Of a stretch of 64,000 nt of DNA, positions 35,028-47,228 are shown piece by piece. The position numbers and the translations under genes were made by a program. The notes under the pieces were generated by a model that did not search any database, was not told where the DNA came from, and saw only the letters and a program-made list of their open reading frames with translations. Origin of the DNA: Felis catus (lineage: Eukaryota); NCBI RefSeq assembly GCF_018350175.1, contig NC_058368.1, forward strand, positions 173,478,001 through 173,542,000, read 5' to 3'. Within the stretch, counting starts at the first letter, position 1. Each line of letters opens with the position of its first letter.

Positions 35028-35544
35028 GCAGCGGCTTGGGCTTCGGCCCATTTGGCCCCCAGCTGCGGGCTTTTAACTCACTCGTGCCACCCCACCCCCC
35101 AGAGCATGGGATGGGGAGGAGTCAGCGTGGTGTTGGGGGAGCTCAGAGGGGAAAGGACTTGTGCTATGCCTTCCATCGGCAGGCATTTAGTGAGCACCTT
35201 CCGCATGCAGGGTGGGAGGGGGACAGTGTGACCAGACAAACCCAGCCCTCACCCATAGGGTGCTGGCCATGCGAGGGCTGGGACACATGAAGCTAAAGGT
35301 CAATATTAGGGGTCTGCCCCTAGTGCAATCACGTCTCACAGAGGACGGGCCTAGAGTTTAAAGTGGACCATTCGAGAGATGGCAGAAACAGGAGGTCTGA
35401 CAGTGTTCATAGCCAGGTCAGACCTTATACACACATTGGGGCATCTGTCTCTGTTGCCACTCTTTTGGCTACCAATGTCATCTGACACCCACGTTTATCT
35501 GGTCTCTGGGAACATCTGAGTTTTTTAAAATACGTAATGATTTT

Positions 35545-35745
35545 GGGGTGCCTGGGTGGCTCAGTCAGGTTAAGCATCCGACTTCAGCTCAGGTCGTGAT
35601 CTCCTGGTTCGTGAGTTTGAGCCCCGCATGGGGCTCTGCGCTGAGAGCCTGGAGCCTGCTTCAGATTCTGTCTCCCTCTCTCTCTGCCCCTCCCCCACTC
35701 ACGCTCTGTCTTTCCCTCTCTAAAAAATATTTTAAAAATGTTTTT
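35545..35745 (+). mobile_element. Can-SINE
   Basis: Canonical head; degenerate TSD AAATAC(G/A)TAAT(G/C)ATTT. Confidence 0.9.
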
Positions 35746-36609
35746 AAATACATAATCATTTAGAAACAGGGAGACTGTATATTAAAAATCTACATTTTTG
35801 GTTACTCTTGAAAATTTGGGAAAGTCTCATGACACTGGAGCCTCCACCTCACGGATCCACAATCTGATATGCACTCCTGCTCTTCTGAGTGTTCTCAGCA
35901 TTGATAGGGAAGGGGGAGGGGCAGTGCAACAGTCACATAGCCTAGGTTCAAATCCTCCCTGCCTGACTTCAGCCAAGTACCTGAACCTCAGAGTTTTCAG
36001 TTTCCCTGTCTGTAAAATAGGAATGTTAATGATATATAATTCAGAAGCTTACTGTATTAAATGATATAAAATGCATAAAGCCCCTAAAACAGGGCCTGCT
36101 GCAGTGGTCAATACAAATCAGCTGAGGGCTACCTTAGGGTGCAGGAGGGAGGGGTGGGGAGGGGAAGAGGGAGGGAAAGCTCTGGCTACCCTTTCCCTGA
36201 CTTCTCAGTAGCACCCTTTTCTGCAAGGGCTGAGGCCTCCCCAAATTTCTTAAGACTTCTCACCCTCCCCTTGGCCACTTTTAGGGTCTGAGATCTATAA
36301 AGTGACCAGTCTCTTCCCCTCTCCCACACCCAGGGAAGTCCATGACCACCTGGAGTCAATATCCGCCCAACCCCCATCTCCTAAGCTCTCGGTACCTGCC
36401 AGGCATGGGGGTAGGTGCTAGAAGGAGTGAGGAGCAAATAATGAGTGACCCCTGTGCTCTGCTCTATCAGGGGAGCCAGACATCAGGTCCTCTCACAAAG
36501 ACCTGTGTAATCACTAACGCAGACCTCTGAAGGAAAGGAATTTGCAGATGGGAAAAGATAAAGTCCACAACCTGAACTGGGGGATTTAGAATGGCAGTTC
36601 TCAAAAAAA

Positions 36610-36649
<40 letters not shown>

Positions 36650-36765
36650 GGTTCTCAAGTGCACAGATCAGAATCACCTGCAGGGTTTGTCAAACAAGCT
36701 GCTGGGCCCTACCCCCAGAATTTGATTCCTTAGCCCTGGGCTTGGACCTGAGAATTGGCATTTCT

Positions 36766-36976
36766 CTCTCTCTTTTTTTAACGTTTACTTATTTTTGAGA
36801 GAGACACAGTGCAAGCGAGGGAAGGGCAGAGAGAGAGAGAGACACAGAATCAGAAGCAGGCTCCAGGCTCTGACTTGTCAGCACAGAGCCCAACACGGGC
36901 CTCCAGCTCACGAACCGTGAGATCATGACCTGAGCCGAAGTCAGACACTTAACTGAATGACCCACCCAGGTGCCCC
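36766..36976 (-). mobile_element. Can-SINE (cluster copy 1)
   Basis: TSD AGAATTGGCATTTCT. Confidence 0.9.
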
Positions 36977-37040
36977 TAAGAATTGGCATTTCTTTATTTA
37001 AAAAAAAAAAAAAAAATATTTTTTATTAAAAAAAATTTTT

Positions 37041-37247
37041 TTTTAATGTTTATTTATTTTTGAAAGAGACAGAGACAGAATGTGAGTGGGTTAGGGGCAG
37101 AGAGAGAGGGAGACACAGAAGCAGAAGCAGGCTCCAGGCTCTGAGCTGTCAGCACAGAGCCCGACATGGGGCTCGAACTCACGAGCTGTGAGATCATGAC
37201 CTGAGCCAAAGTCAGACGTTCAACCGACTGAGCCACCCAGACGCCCC
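37041..37247 (-). mobile_element. Can-SINE (cluster copy 2, nested in the tail of copy 3)
   Basis: TSD TAAAAAAA(A)TTTTT on both sides. Confidence 0.88.
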
Positions 37248-37473
37248 TAAAAAAATTTTTTTAACGTTTATTTATTTTTGAAGGAGAGAGCGAGAGAGAG
37301 AGAGTGTGTGTGAGTGGGGAAGGGGCAGAGAGGGAGACACAGAATCAGAAAAACAGGCTCCAGGCTAGGAGCTGTCAGCACAGAGCCCGACGCGGGGCTC
37401 AAACTCACGAACTGCAAGATCATGACCTGAGCTGAAGTCGGACGCTTAACTGACTGAGCCACCCAGGTGCCCC
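37248..37473 (-). mobile_element. Can-SINE (cluster copy 3; its tail resumes at 36994-37026)
   Basis: TSD AAGAATTGGCATTTCT at 36978 and 37474. Confidence 0.9.
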
Positions 37474-37999
37474 AAGAATTGGCATTTCTAAGAAGTTCCT
37501 TGAGGATGCTGGTCAGGAATCCCATTTTGAGAACCACTAGCTTAGAGGCAGTTCATGGATGAGGTGATGTTTGAGCTGATACCTAAGGTATGAGCAAGAG
37601 TTAACTAGGTGGGTGGAGAAGGGCATGTCAGGGAGCAGCATGTGCAAAGACCCTGGGGCAAAGGGAACATGGGACACTGGAAGAAAAAAAGGAAGACCAG
37701 TGTGGCTGATGCCTAAAGGAGAAAGGGATAGTAGGTCTTGATCTTAGGAAAGTGAAGGGCCACTGAGTGCTTCGGGTGGCTATAGATGGGCTTTCCAGCA
37801 AGTTCTTTGGGCTGCTGTGTAAGAAACAGACCCTGTGGTAGCAACAGGGAGTGGAAGAAGATCTATTAGGTTGTTAATGTAATTGTCCAGGTGACAAATC
37901 TGGTGACAGGGAAGATAGAACATGATGGATTTCAGAGGTGTTTAGAGGAAGACTGGGGTGTTTGGTGATGGATAGGCTCTGGAGAGGTGAGGCACAGTG

Positions 38000-38480
38000 T
38001 CCCAACTACCTGCTGCTACATAATAAACCACCCCCAAATTAATGGCTTAAAACAGCAATAATCATCTATTTTGCTCACAGATCTACAATTCAGGCCATGC
38101 TCAATAGGGACAGCTCACCTCTGCTCCAAAGTGCTGTCAGTTGGAGTGGCTTACAGGCTGGGGCTGGAGTCATCTGCTCACTCAGTGGGGCAGCTGATGC
38201 TGGCTGTCAGCTGGAACCTCAGCTGGGAGTATTGGCTGGGACAGCTCTATGTACCTCTCCATGTGGCCACTTGGCCTCCTCACAGCATGGTGGCTAGGTT
38301 CCCAGAAGCAGCATCCCAAGAGATGGGAAGCAGAGGCTGCCAGTTCCTTAAGGCCTGGGCCCAAAGCCTGGCACATCATGTCCGCTGTATTCTATTAGTG
38401 TCCCAGGGCCCACATTCAAAGACAGGGACATAATCCCACCTCCCAATTGGAAGAGTATCAAAGAATTTTGGACAGAGAAT
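38000..38480 (-). mobile_element. MaLR LTR relic (MLT1F/H-like)
   Basis: AAACCACCCCCAAATTAATGGCTTAAAACA...CCTCACAGCATGGTGGCT motifs. Confidence 0.6.
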
Positions 38481-39211
38481 GCACTGGAGGAGGGCCAGGC
38501 TTGGGAAAAGATCATGAATCTAGATCTGATGGAGAAAAGGGGAGAAAGGACCCTCTTCAAGTGCCAGACATGGTCTTAGCTGCCTTAGAGTCCTGGCCTA
38601 GAGCCTGGCATGGAACGGCCCTGCCAGCCACAGTACCCCTTCCCACCATCTTCCACATTTTCCAGCATGGGGCAGCCCATGGAGTCTGGAGTTAGGTGAC
38701 TAAGGAAAGACCCCAGAAACAACCCCCCTGGTCCCATGGGGTCCTATGGGTTGAACAAGCTGGGGCTCTTGAACCCCAATCCTACCATACCGTTCCTAAA
38801 ATGTCTTGAATTTGCCCATTCCTCTTACTTCCCACTGTCCCAGCTCCAGGCAAGCCCTGCCATCTCTGGCCTCGGCCACTGCCCAAAGCTCTCCTAACAT
38901 TCTCCTTGCTACTACTTTCCACCTCTCTATAGAACATTCTCCACTTGCCTCAGAGGGCTCATTTTAAATATTAATCTGATCACTTAAATCCTCTGTTTAA
39001 AACCCTCCAGGACACCCAGGGTGTGATCCAAAGTCCAGGTTCTGGGCCTGCTAGTTTCTGCATGATCCAGCCTCACAGTACCTCAAGCACACTGATCCTC
39101 CAACAGGCCAGATTTGCTCCTGCCTCAGGGCCTTTGCACTTGCCATGTCTCTTCCAACTCTTTGTGTGACTGACTTCTCTTTGTCCTTCAGGGCTTGGCT
39201 CAAATGTCATC

Positions 39212-39419
39212 TTTTTTTTTAAGCTTATTTTTATTTATTTTGAGAGAGATATAGAGAGCAAGCAGGGGAGGGGAAGAGAGAGAGGGAGACAGAATACCAA
39301 GCAGGCTCCATGCCCTGTCAGCACAGAGCCCGATATGGGGTTTGAACTCACAAACTATGAGATCCTGACCTGAGCCAAAATCAAGAATCGGATGCTTGAC
39401 TGAACCATCCAGGCTCCCC
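39212..39419 (-). mobile_element. Can-SINE
   Basis: TSD TCAAATGTCA(T/C)CTT. Confidence 0.88.
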
Positions 39420-39479
39420 TCAAATGTCACCTTCTTAGAGGTCCTCCCTGACCACCTTATCTAAAGTAGACCACTCTCC

Positions 39480-39566
39480 ATAGCATAATTTACGGAGTTG
39501 TTAAGTCACTATGTTGTACACCTGAAACTAATTAACATTTTGTGTCAACTAGACTTCAATAAAAAA
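39480..39566 (+). mobile_element. Severely 5'-truncated carnivore L1 3' end (about 87 bp)
   Basis: TGTTGTACACCTGAAACTAAT...CTTCAATAAAAAA; 18-bp TSD (16/18 identical) at 39462 and 39567. Confidence 0.7.
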
Positions 39567-39979
39567 TAAAGTAGACCGTTCTCCCCAATGCCGTCTTTAA
39601 CTCATCACTGTTTTATTTCCTTTTTAGCCCTTAGCATCGCTCATTCATTCTGTCAGCTATCCGGTCAACAAATACCGACTTAGCAGTTACTTTGTGTCAG
39701 GCACTGTTTTAGGCACTGGGGAACACAGATGTGAACGAAATTGATGGGTCCTCCTGCTTTACAAGGCCTTGGGACTAAGCCCTTGGACTTCATCACTGCT
39801 CTGTCAGCCCTTGCCATTTCGTGATCTCCTCCAGTCATGGGCATCAAACGTCACATATACAATATACCCCTGGTCCTACGTGAAATCCAGAAGAGCACAT
39901 CCAACAGCCTGTTCACAGCTCCACCCAAGTATCTAATGTGCATCTGTCTCAGGCTTATTGTATCCAAAGTGCAATTCCT

Positions 39980-40198
39980 GGGGCGCCTGGCTGGCTCAGT
40001 CGGTTAAGCGTCTGACTTTGGCTCAGGTCACGATCTTGTGGTTTGTAGGTGTGAGCCGTGTGTCAGGCTCCGTGCTGACAGCTCAGAGCCTGGAGCCTGC
40101 TTCGGATTCTGTGTCTCCCTCTCTCTCTGCCCCTCCCCTGCTCGTGCTCTCTCTCTCTCTCTCAAATAAATAAACATTAAAAAAAAATTTTTTAAAAA
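39980..40198 (+). mobile_element. Can-SINE
   Basis: 16-bp TSD CCAAAGTGCAATTCCT. Confidence 0.92.
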
Positions 40199-40357
40199 CC
40201 AAAGTGCAATTCCTGACTTTCTTCTGTCTCCTGTCCCCAGACCTGCTCCTCCTATCATCTTCTCCATCCTCCCAATTGCTCATCCAAAAATTCTGGAATG
40301 ATCCTGGACTCCTCTCGTTCTAGCTCATCAGCACATCATTATGTCCAGCTCTACTTT

Positions 40358-40563
40358 TTTAATGTTTTTATTTATTTTTGAGAAAGAGAGAGAGAACGAG
40401 CAGAGTAAGGGCAGACAGGGAGGGGGACAGAAGATCCAAAGTAGGCTCCCCGCAGAAAGCAGCAAGCTTGATCCAGGGCTCAAACTCACGAACTGTCACC
40501 AACCGGGAGATCATGACCTGAGCAGAAGGCGGTCGCTCAACCGACTGAGCCACTCTGGCGCCC
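40358..40563 (-). mobile_element. Can-SINE
   Basis: TSD CAGCTCTACTTT. Confidence 0.88.
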
Positions 40564-40735
40564 CAGCTCTACTTTAAAACATATCCAGGATCTAGCCACT
40601 TCCATCCACCTCCCGTCACCCCAGCCCAAGTGGCTGTCATCTTCCCTGTATTATGGTGATGGCATCTGAACTGGCCCCCACCCGCCTTTGCCTAGGAGCA
40701 ATCTGCTCCCTACACAGCAGCCGTTAAAAATGAAA

Positions 40736-40976
40736 GGGGTGCCTAGGTGGCTCATGGCTCGGTCAGTTAAGCGACTGACTCTTGATTTTGGCTCAGGCCA
40801 TGATCCCAGGGTTGTAGGATCGAGTTCTGCGTTGGGCTTGCGCTGAATGCAGAGCTTGCTTATGATTCTCTCTCTCTCTCCCTCCCTCCCTCTCTCTGCC
40901 CCTCTTCCCTGCTTGTGTGCTTGTGTGCTCTCTCTCTCTCTCTCTATCTCAAAAAAAAAAAAAAAAAAAAGGAAAA
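40736..40976 (+). mobile_element. Can-SINE (older subfamily)
   Basis: Head, CT tract and poly(A). Confidence 0.85.
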
Positions 40977-43358
40977 AGATCACAGGGCTCCTCTGCTCCC
41001 AGGAGAGGGTTTGCACGGCCCCAGAATCGCCCTGCCTCCTCTCCTACTCCCTGTGCTCCAGCCACGCCACCTCCCGGATGGTCTTTGCTCAGGGCCCACT
41101 CCTGCCTTGGGACCTCACACCGGTCCTGCCCTCAATTCCTAACTCAGGTAAGGCCTTCCCTGCCCGCTGTATGTAACCGTCCAAGCCCTTAGCTCCACGC
41201 CAGCACTTTCCATGCCCTTCCTTACTCTTCGCTTCCTGTCCCAGCACAGCACCTCCCGACACACCATATAGTTCACTTGCTTATTTTACTTATCTGCCTC
41301 CTTCTACTAGAACATAAGAACCCAGGCCTCTTTCCTTCACAGCTGTGTTCTCTAGTACCTAAAGTGGGGCCTGGCTCTTAGCAAGGACTCGGAGGTCAGA
41401 GTGAGGAGGCAGGACTGACCATTAGATGGAGCAAGGTGGACATCCCTGATTTGGACAAGAGCAACACAAACGAAAGCATCTTATTTGGTCACTAGTTCTT
41501 TTGGTGTCTGTCGCTTCCTACCAGAATGTTAAGTTTTAGAAAAGCAAGGACTTCATTGGTCTTGTTTTCTGCTGAATCTCTGGTACCCAGAACAGCACCT
41601 GGCACATGGCGGGCACTCAGGAAAAGCTGATTGAAAACAATAGATGCCAGTGGCCAGTCATAGGACTTCTCCTCTTTGGGTGTTGGTTCCAACATCAGGA
41701 AAATGGGATTGAAAATGCCTGTTCTAAAGGACTGATTTTAGGGATTGATGATATAATGGCTGTCGTGCCTGGGACACGGTAGGTGTTCAATAAATATCAC
41801 ATTCCTCTCTCTGTTTCCAGCCCCCACCGGCCTGCCTCTCCCCCCACTCCCCACCCTGAGGCCTCTGGACAGCCGGAATGTTGATGAATGTTTAATCGCA
41901 CCGTCAGGCACCACACACAGTGTTGTAAAGACCCATCTGGATTTTCGCAAAACCCAGGAAGGGCTGGGATCACCAGGAGCCTCATGATCCTCTTAAGAGG
42001 ATGCTTTCTGCTCCAGCTGCTCCAGCTGTTCCAGTGAGGATTTTCTCCCAGCCCTGCCCCGCCCCCCCAAGCTTCAAAAACCATTCTCCTTAGTATATTC
42101 TCAGGAAGAGGAGAGGGAAGAGAGGAATGGAGAGACCCATTTTCCTGGGGGAGAGAGAATGGAAACAAGGAGGGGGTTCCCGAGAACTCACATGTTTAGG
42201 GCCTGGCCAGAAAGAGGCCCAGGGTCCTGCCCTAAAGGGGGAAGGGGGAGCATGTGGGCTGCAGTGTGATACAGGGTGAAGTATCCGTTGTGCTGGAAAG
42301 TGGCGGCCCAGTAAGTATGCTCCTTCTTCTGGAGATAGTACACATAGAGAGAGACCAAAAAAAAAAAAAAAAAAAAAGTAGCAGATGTTAACACCTGGTG
42401 AATCTAGATGAAGAATATTTGGGTATTGATTTTATTAACACTGCAATTTTTCTGAAGATTTTATTCACTGTGCTATGCTTGCAACTTTTCTCTAGGTTTG
42501 AAGTTTTTCCAAATAAAAACAGTTGGGGGCAAAGAGAAATAGTGACAAAGATGCTAGTGGCCCACTCAGTGACCATTGTCCCCTTGTCATACTTTGACTC
42601 TGGGAAGTCGTATGCCCGGCTAGATGACCACAATTTTCCAGCCTCCCTACAGCTAGGCATAGCCAAGAGACATGCAAAAGTTGTTAACTTCCAAAAATTC
42701 CTCGTGAGAGAGACAACTGGCAGGTGTTCTTTTTACCCTACTTCCCCTCCTCCTGCTTTCTGCATAGATATGATGGCTGGAGCCGCGGCAGCCATCTTGG
42801 ACCATAAGATGACCTTGAAGGTAGAATCCATGTACTAAGAATGGTGGAGCAGGAAGAAAGGAGACTAGTTCCTGATGAATCTGGACTTTTCCACCTGCTG
42901 GATCCTCTGCCAAGAATGCCCACCATCACTTACTTGTAGGGTCCTTCTCATCTTTCAAAACCCAGCCAGAATGTGACTTTCTCCTGGAGGCTTTCTGTAG
43001 GTGCCCCTTCCTTCCTGGGCTCCCGTAGCCCCTGTGCTGCTGTTAAAGTCCCTGATAGCCACTTGCTGTGAATCCGAGGGCTTGTTGCTACTCATCGCTT
43101 TGGCCCCTCGGTAGCATTTAACCAGCTCTCCTCTAATCCTCTTGGTATCCCTACTACTACTCCTTCCAGCTTCTCCTCTTCCCCGTGCTGCTCCCTCTCA
43201 GTCTGTTAGCCAGGTCCCCTGCCCCTGGCCACACAGGAAGTTTGCAGTGCCTCAGGATTCTGTTCTGGACTCTCTCCTTTTCACTCTCCAGGTTCCCCTG
43301 TGCAACTGCACCCTCCCCATGGCTCCAGCCGCCACCTCTGTGCTAATGACCCCAAATC

Positions 43359-44029
43359 CAGCGGTGTGCTAGGCTGGCTTAGACCAGCTTATGAGAGCAG
43401 TTATTAAATCTTCAGGAATTTCTGAGCCAGGTGTAAAGTCATTATTTAAAAATTAAATTCTATACACTTATGGTTATATAAAAATTATGTTTAAAATATA
43501 ATAAACACTCAGGGTGCCTGGGTGGCTCAGTGGGTTGAGCGTCGGACTTCAGCTCAGGTCACGATCCCACAGCTTGTGAGGCCAAGCCCCGCGTCAGACT
43601 CTGTGCTGACATCTCGGAGCCTGGGGCCTGCTTCAGATTCTGTGCCTCCCTCTCTCTCTGCCCCAACCCACTCACATTCTGTCTCTGTCTCTCTCAAAAA
43701 TAGATAAACATTAAAAATGATAATAAAACATAATGGACACTCAAAACAGAACTTTCTAATTATTTTACTATTTTCCATTTTCTCTTTTCCATTTACTATT
43801 TTCTATTTTCTTAAGATTGTTTTTACCTATTTTGTCTGTGTGGTGAAAATACCGTAAAAGGCCATACTATGGCCCATCTCTTCCCAATTCTCTGCTCTGT
43901 GACAGTGAAATCAATCATGGTGGGGGGAGGGGGGGCGGGATTTACCCCATGGATGTGGGCAACCTCTACAAACCAAGGTACTTCTCTGCTTAGAAAGCCA
44001 TGTGTTAAAGATTTCCTAGTACACCATGG
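43359..44029 (+). mobile_element. MER63-like hAT-Blackjack element (contains a Can-SINE)
   Basis: TIRs CAGCGGTGTGCTAG...CTAGTACACCATGG; 8-bp TSD CCCAAATC/CCCAGATC. Confidence 0.75.
43511..43718 (+). mobile_element. Can-SINE
   Basis: Canonical body; TSD-like ATAATAAA(A)CA. Confidence 0.88.
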
Positions 44030-46092
44030 CCCAGATCTATATGTGGAGCCAGCCCTGGGTGACTTCCTGAGCTCCAGGCTCAGACATCCTACTGTCTGCC
44101 AAACACCTCCTCTAGTTCATCTGTCAAGCACCACACAGTCAGCCCCAATCATGCCCCAAACAAGCTCCCCATCACCCCCACCCCCGAGGCTGCCCCATCT
44201 CCTCAATGCCTGTTTCATTTTGCAATAGCATCTCTCACCTGCTGTCCTGGGAACCTTCCCGGACTCATCCCTCTCCCTCTTCCCCAGCACCTAAGTTACC
44301 TCCTGAATAATACCCAACTATCCCTCCAGCCCTCCTCCAGCCTCCCTTCGGCTTCCACGGTTCAGGCTCCATCATCCCTCCTGTGGCTTCTGCCCCAGCT
44401 ATCTTGTGATCTTCTGTGTCCTCTATCCAACCCACCTCTATTTAGTCCCACAAAACGCAAATCGCATGTTGGTCTCTCTTGTGCTTAAAATCCTCAGTGA
44501 CTTCCCAGTTCCTACAGTTGGAAATACAGACACCCTTCACGTGGTCTTTCTCTCTTCCTCCTGTCCCTCCTGCTTGGTCTTTCTTCATCACCGATTCTGA
44601 CATTCAGGGGCTCTTAGTCAAGAGTCACAAAAATTGCTTCTGGCTAATTTACGTAGATAAGGATTTTATTATCCGACACTGGAGAGCTCAGAAACTCTCC
44701 AGGAAGGCCAGAGAGTCCCCCTTCAAGACCACACTGCCTGGAATAACGCCCCAAATCGCACGGCCAAGCAGACCCCCTGCTGCTACAGCACCCCCCCCCC
44801 CCCCCCCCCGCGGATAAGGCAGCTTTTCCTGTTCGTGCTGGACACTCCCAGAAGCAGTGTCACCGCTGCCTGTGGTCCCCGGTAGGAGCTGCTACCACCA
44901 ATATCACCTGCCCTCACCAGAGCAGACTGCCCTCCTTCCCTGATTCTTCAGGTTCCAAGTCTGGGACTGGCCTGTCTGGGTTTGAAGTTACAGGTCTTGG
45001 CTGCAACAAAGGCCAAGAAAAAACCGTCAGCTCCTAGAGGGGGAGATGGACCCTGGCTCATAAAGTGGGAGATTCCCCCCCCAACATAGGAAGGGGAGAG
45101 TGTCAATGCTGAGGGCTCAAAAATAATGGCAAATGTCCCTTATGCTAGCTTTTAACACTATACAAGTAAAATACTATTCAAAGTAAAATAACCAAACAGC
45201 ATAAGAAGGAAGGTGATAAAATGGAAAACTTTCTCTCCCTGAGTGTTCTCAGCCCCACTTGCCAGGGGCAACTACTGTGAACAGTGTTTTGGGAGTCCTT
45301 GCTGGTGTGGTCCTTATATATCTAGATATAAGTAAACGTGTACATATTTGTATATAAGGGGTCTGTATATAACTATGTGTACGTATGTATCAAAACTGAC
45401 TAGTTCCATACATGATGGTTTAGCACGTCAAGCTGTCACCTTACACTATTTCTTGCTACACTCCATGTCAGTACACATGGGTCCTGCTCATCCTTTGTGA
45501 CAGCAACATAGCATTTCACTGGGTGGATGTAACACACTTCACCAGCCAGTCCTCTATGGATGGACACAGATTATTTCCGGTGCTGCAGTGAACATCCTTG
45601 CACAAATGTCTTGCATGTTTGTGTGAGTAAATCCAAGGAATAAATTCCTGGAAGGGGAACTGTTGGCTCAAAAGGAGCATGCATTTATGTTTTTGGTAAA
45701 CATTGCCAAACTGCCTTCCAAAAAGCATGCACCAATTTGCAGCTCTAGCAGTGGCCTATGAACACTTTATTCCAGGCCCTGCACAGTCTGGCTGCCTCCT
45801 CACCTCATCACCTGTCACTTATACACCCCGCATTTCCAGCCACAGTGCCTTTGCCCATGCTATGCCCACAGCCTAAAATACCCTTCCTGCCTGTCTTCCA
45901 GGTAAAAATCCTGCCTCTCTCAGGAGACCTATCACAGATGTCACCTCCTCTGTATAGACTTCCCTGACTCCCCTAAGCTGCCAGAGTCCCCTTCCTCTAG
46001 GATCCCATAGCTTCTTGGGCATAATTATGTCATAGCTCCAACTGAGGGCCTATGTGTACCTGGCATTCTATGGCCATTTGACAATCACCACC

Positions 46093-46096
<4 letters not shown>

Positions 46097-46146
<50 letters not shown>
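46097..46146 (+). repeat. (CA)25 microsatellite about 1 kb upstream of SNCB
   Basis: Read directly from the sequence. Confidence 0.95.
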
Positions 46147-46148
<2 letters not shown>

Positions 46149-47149
46149 GTGGTCTTGTCCACCTCCTCATTCCTTCCTGGTCCTCCAGCTGCACTTCCTT
46201 TTATCTATTCCCAAGCACCGTCCTGTCTCAGTGCCTTTGCACTTGCCAATTCCCACTCTGAATCTTGTCCATGTTGGCCTTGGTCCCTCTCTGGGGTCTC
46301 TGCTCCCATTGGCCTCCTCACAGAGGTCTTCCCTGGACACTCTGTCCCAAGTCCCCCCTCTAGTCATTCTGTTACATCAGCCATTCATTATCTTCATAAC
46401 ACTCCTCACAAGCTGAAACAATCTTCTTAGGTGTAAGTGTTGACATGTTTGTTTTCTGTCCTGTGTCCCATTTCTGCACACACACAAACACATCATTGTA
46501 AACTCCCCAAGGACAGGGACCTTGTTTTCCTTTTCCACTGTCTCCATTGCCTCAAACTTACCTCGCACCTGTCTAAATCCTCAATCAACCTTCGTTGAGC
46601 GAATCATCCATCATCCACTATTTTACAGAAAAAGAAACTGGGGTTCAGAAAGGAGAGCTGAGTAGCCCAAGGTCCCACAGTTAATAAAAGCACAGCTGAG
46701 ATTCGAACCCCTTGAATCCCAAAGGCAACTGCGTGCAGTTTTTTTTTTCCCTACTCTTGGCACTCTGCATTGTCTCCGCCGCCAGACTCGGCTCCTGGGG
46801 TCGGGACGCGAGTCTGACGCCCAAGGGTCCCCAGAGGCGCGTCGGGGGCCGCCCCCGGAGGCCAGCGGGCTCCGCGGAGATGTCACCCTCCCCGCCCCCT
46901 GTCAGTCAGGCTGAGGGGGCGGCGCGGCCGCCAGAGGGGGCGCTGAGCTCAGAGCTGCCGCAGCGCCCGAGCGGGAGCCGGAGCCCGAGCGTGAGAGCAG
47001 CAGGGCGCAAGGCGCGATCCGTGGCTGGCGACGCACCCAAGGCCAGGGCACTGCTGCGCCCCGGCTCAGGGCCCGCGCCCCGCCTGCTGCCGACGGACCT
47101 GGGCGCCTAGCGAGGCCCCGATTCCCCATCCGCCCCGAGCCCACCCCAG

Positions 47150-47228
47150 CCCGGCCTAGCCGAGCCCCAGCGTCCGCCGGCCGCAGCCGCAGCCGCTGCT
47201 CCATCCCAAGCCCGGGCTCAGCTTCCAG
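47150..47228 (+). other. SNCB: Probable non-coding first exon of SNCB (5' end approximate)
   Basis: Lies in the CpG island and ends at strong donor CAG|GTGAGG (47228/47229). Confidence 0.65.

Larger units (their letters stand above)
36645..37540 (+). mobile_element. MER5A-like hAT element split by three Can-SINEs
   Basis: GGTTCTCAA...ATCAGAATCACCTG at the start and TTTGAGAACCACT at the end. Confidence 0.75.

Noticed and set aside
42888..42903. Additional CTCF site CCAGCAGGTGGAAA
   Set aside because: Lacks the 3' CRS of the core consensus and lies in an LTR-like relic.
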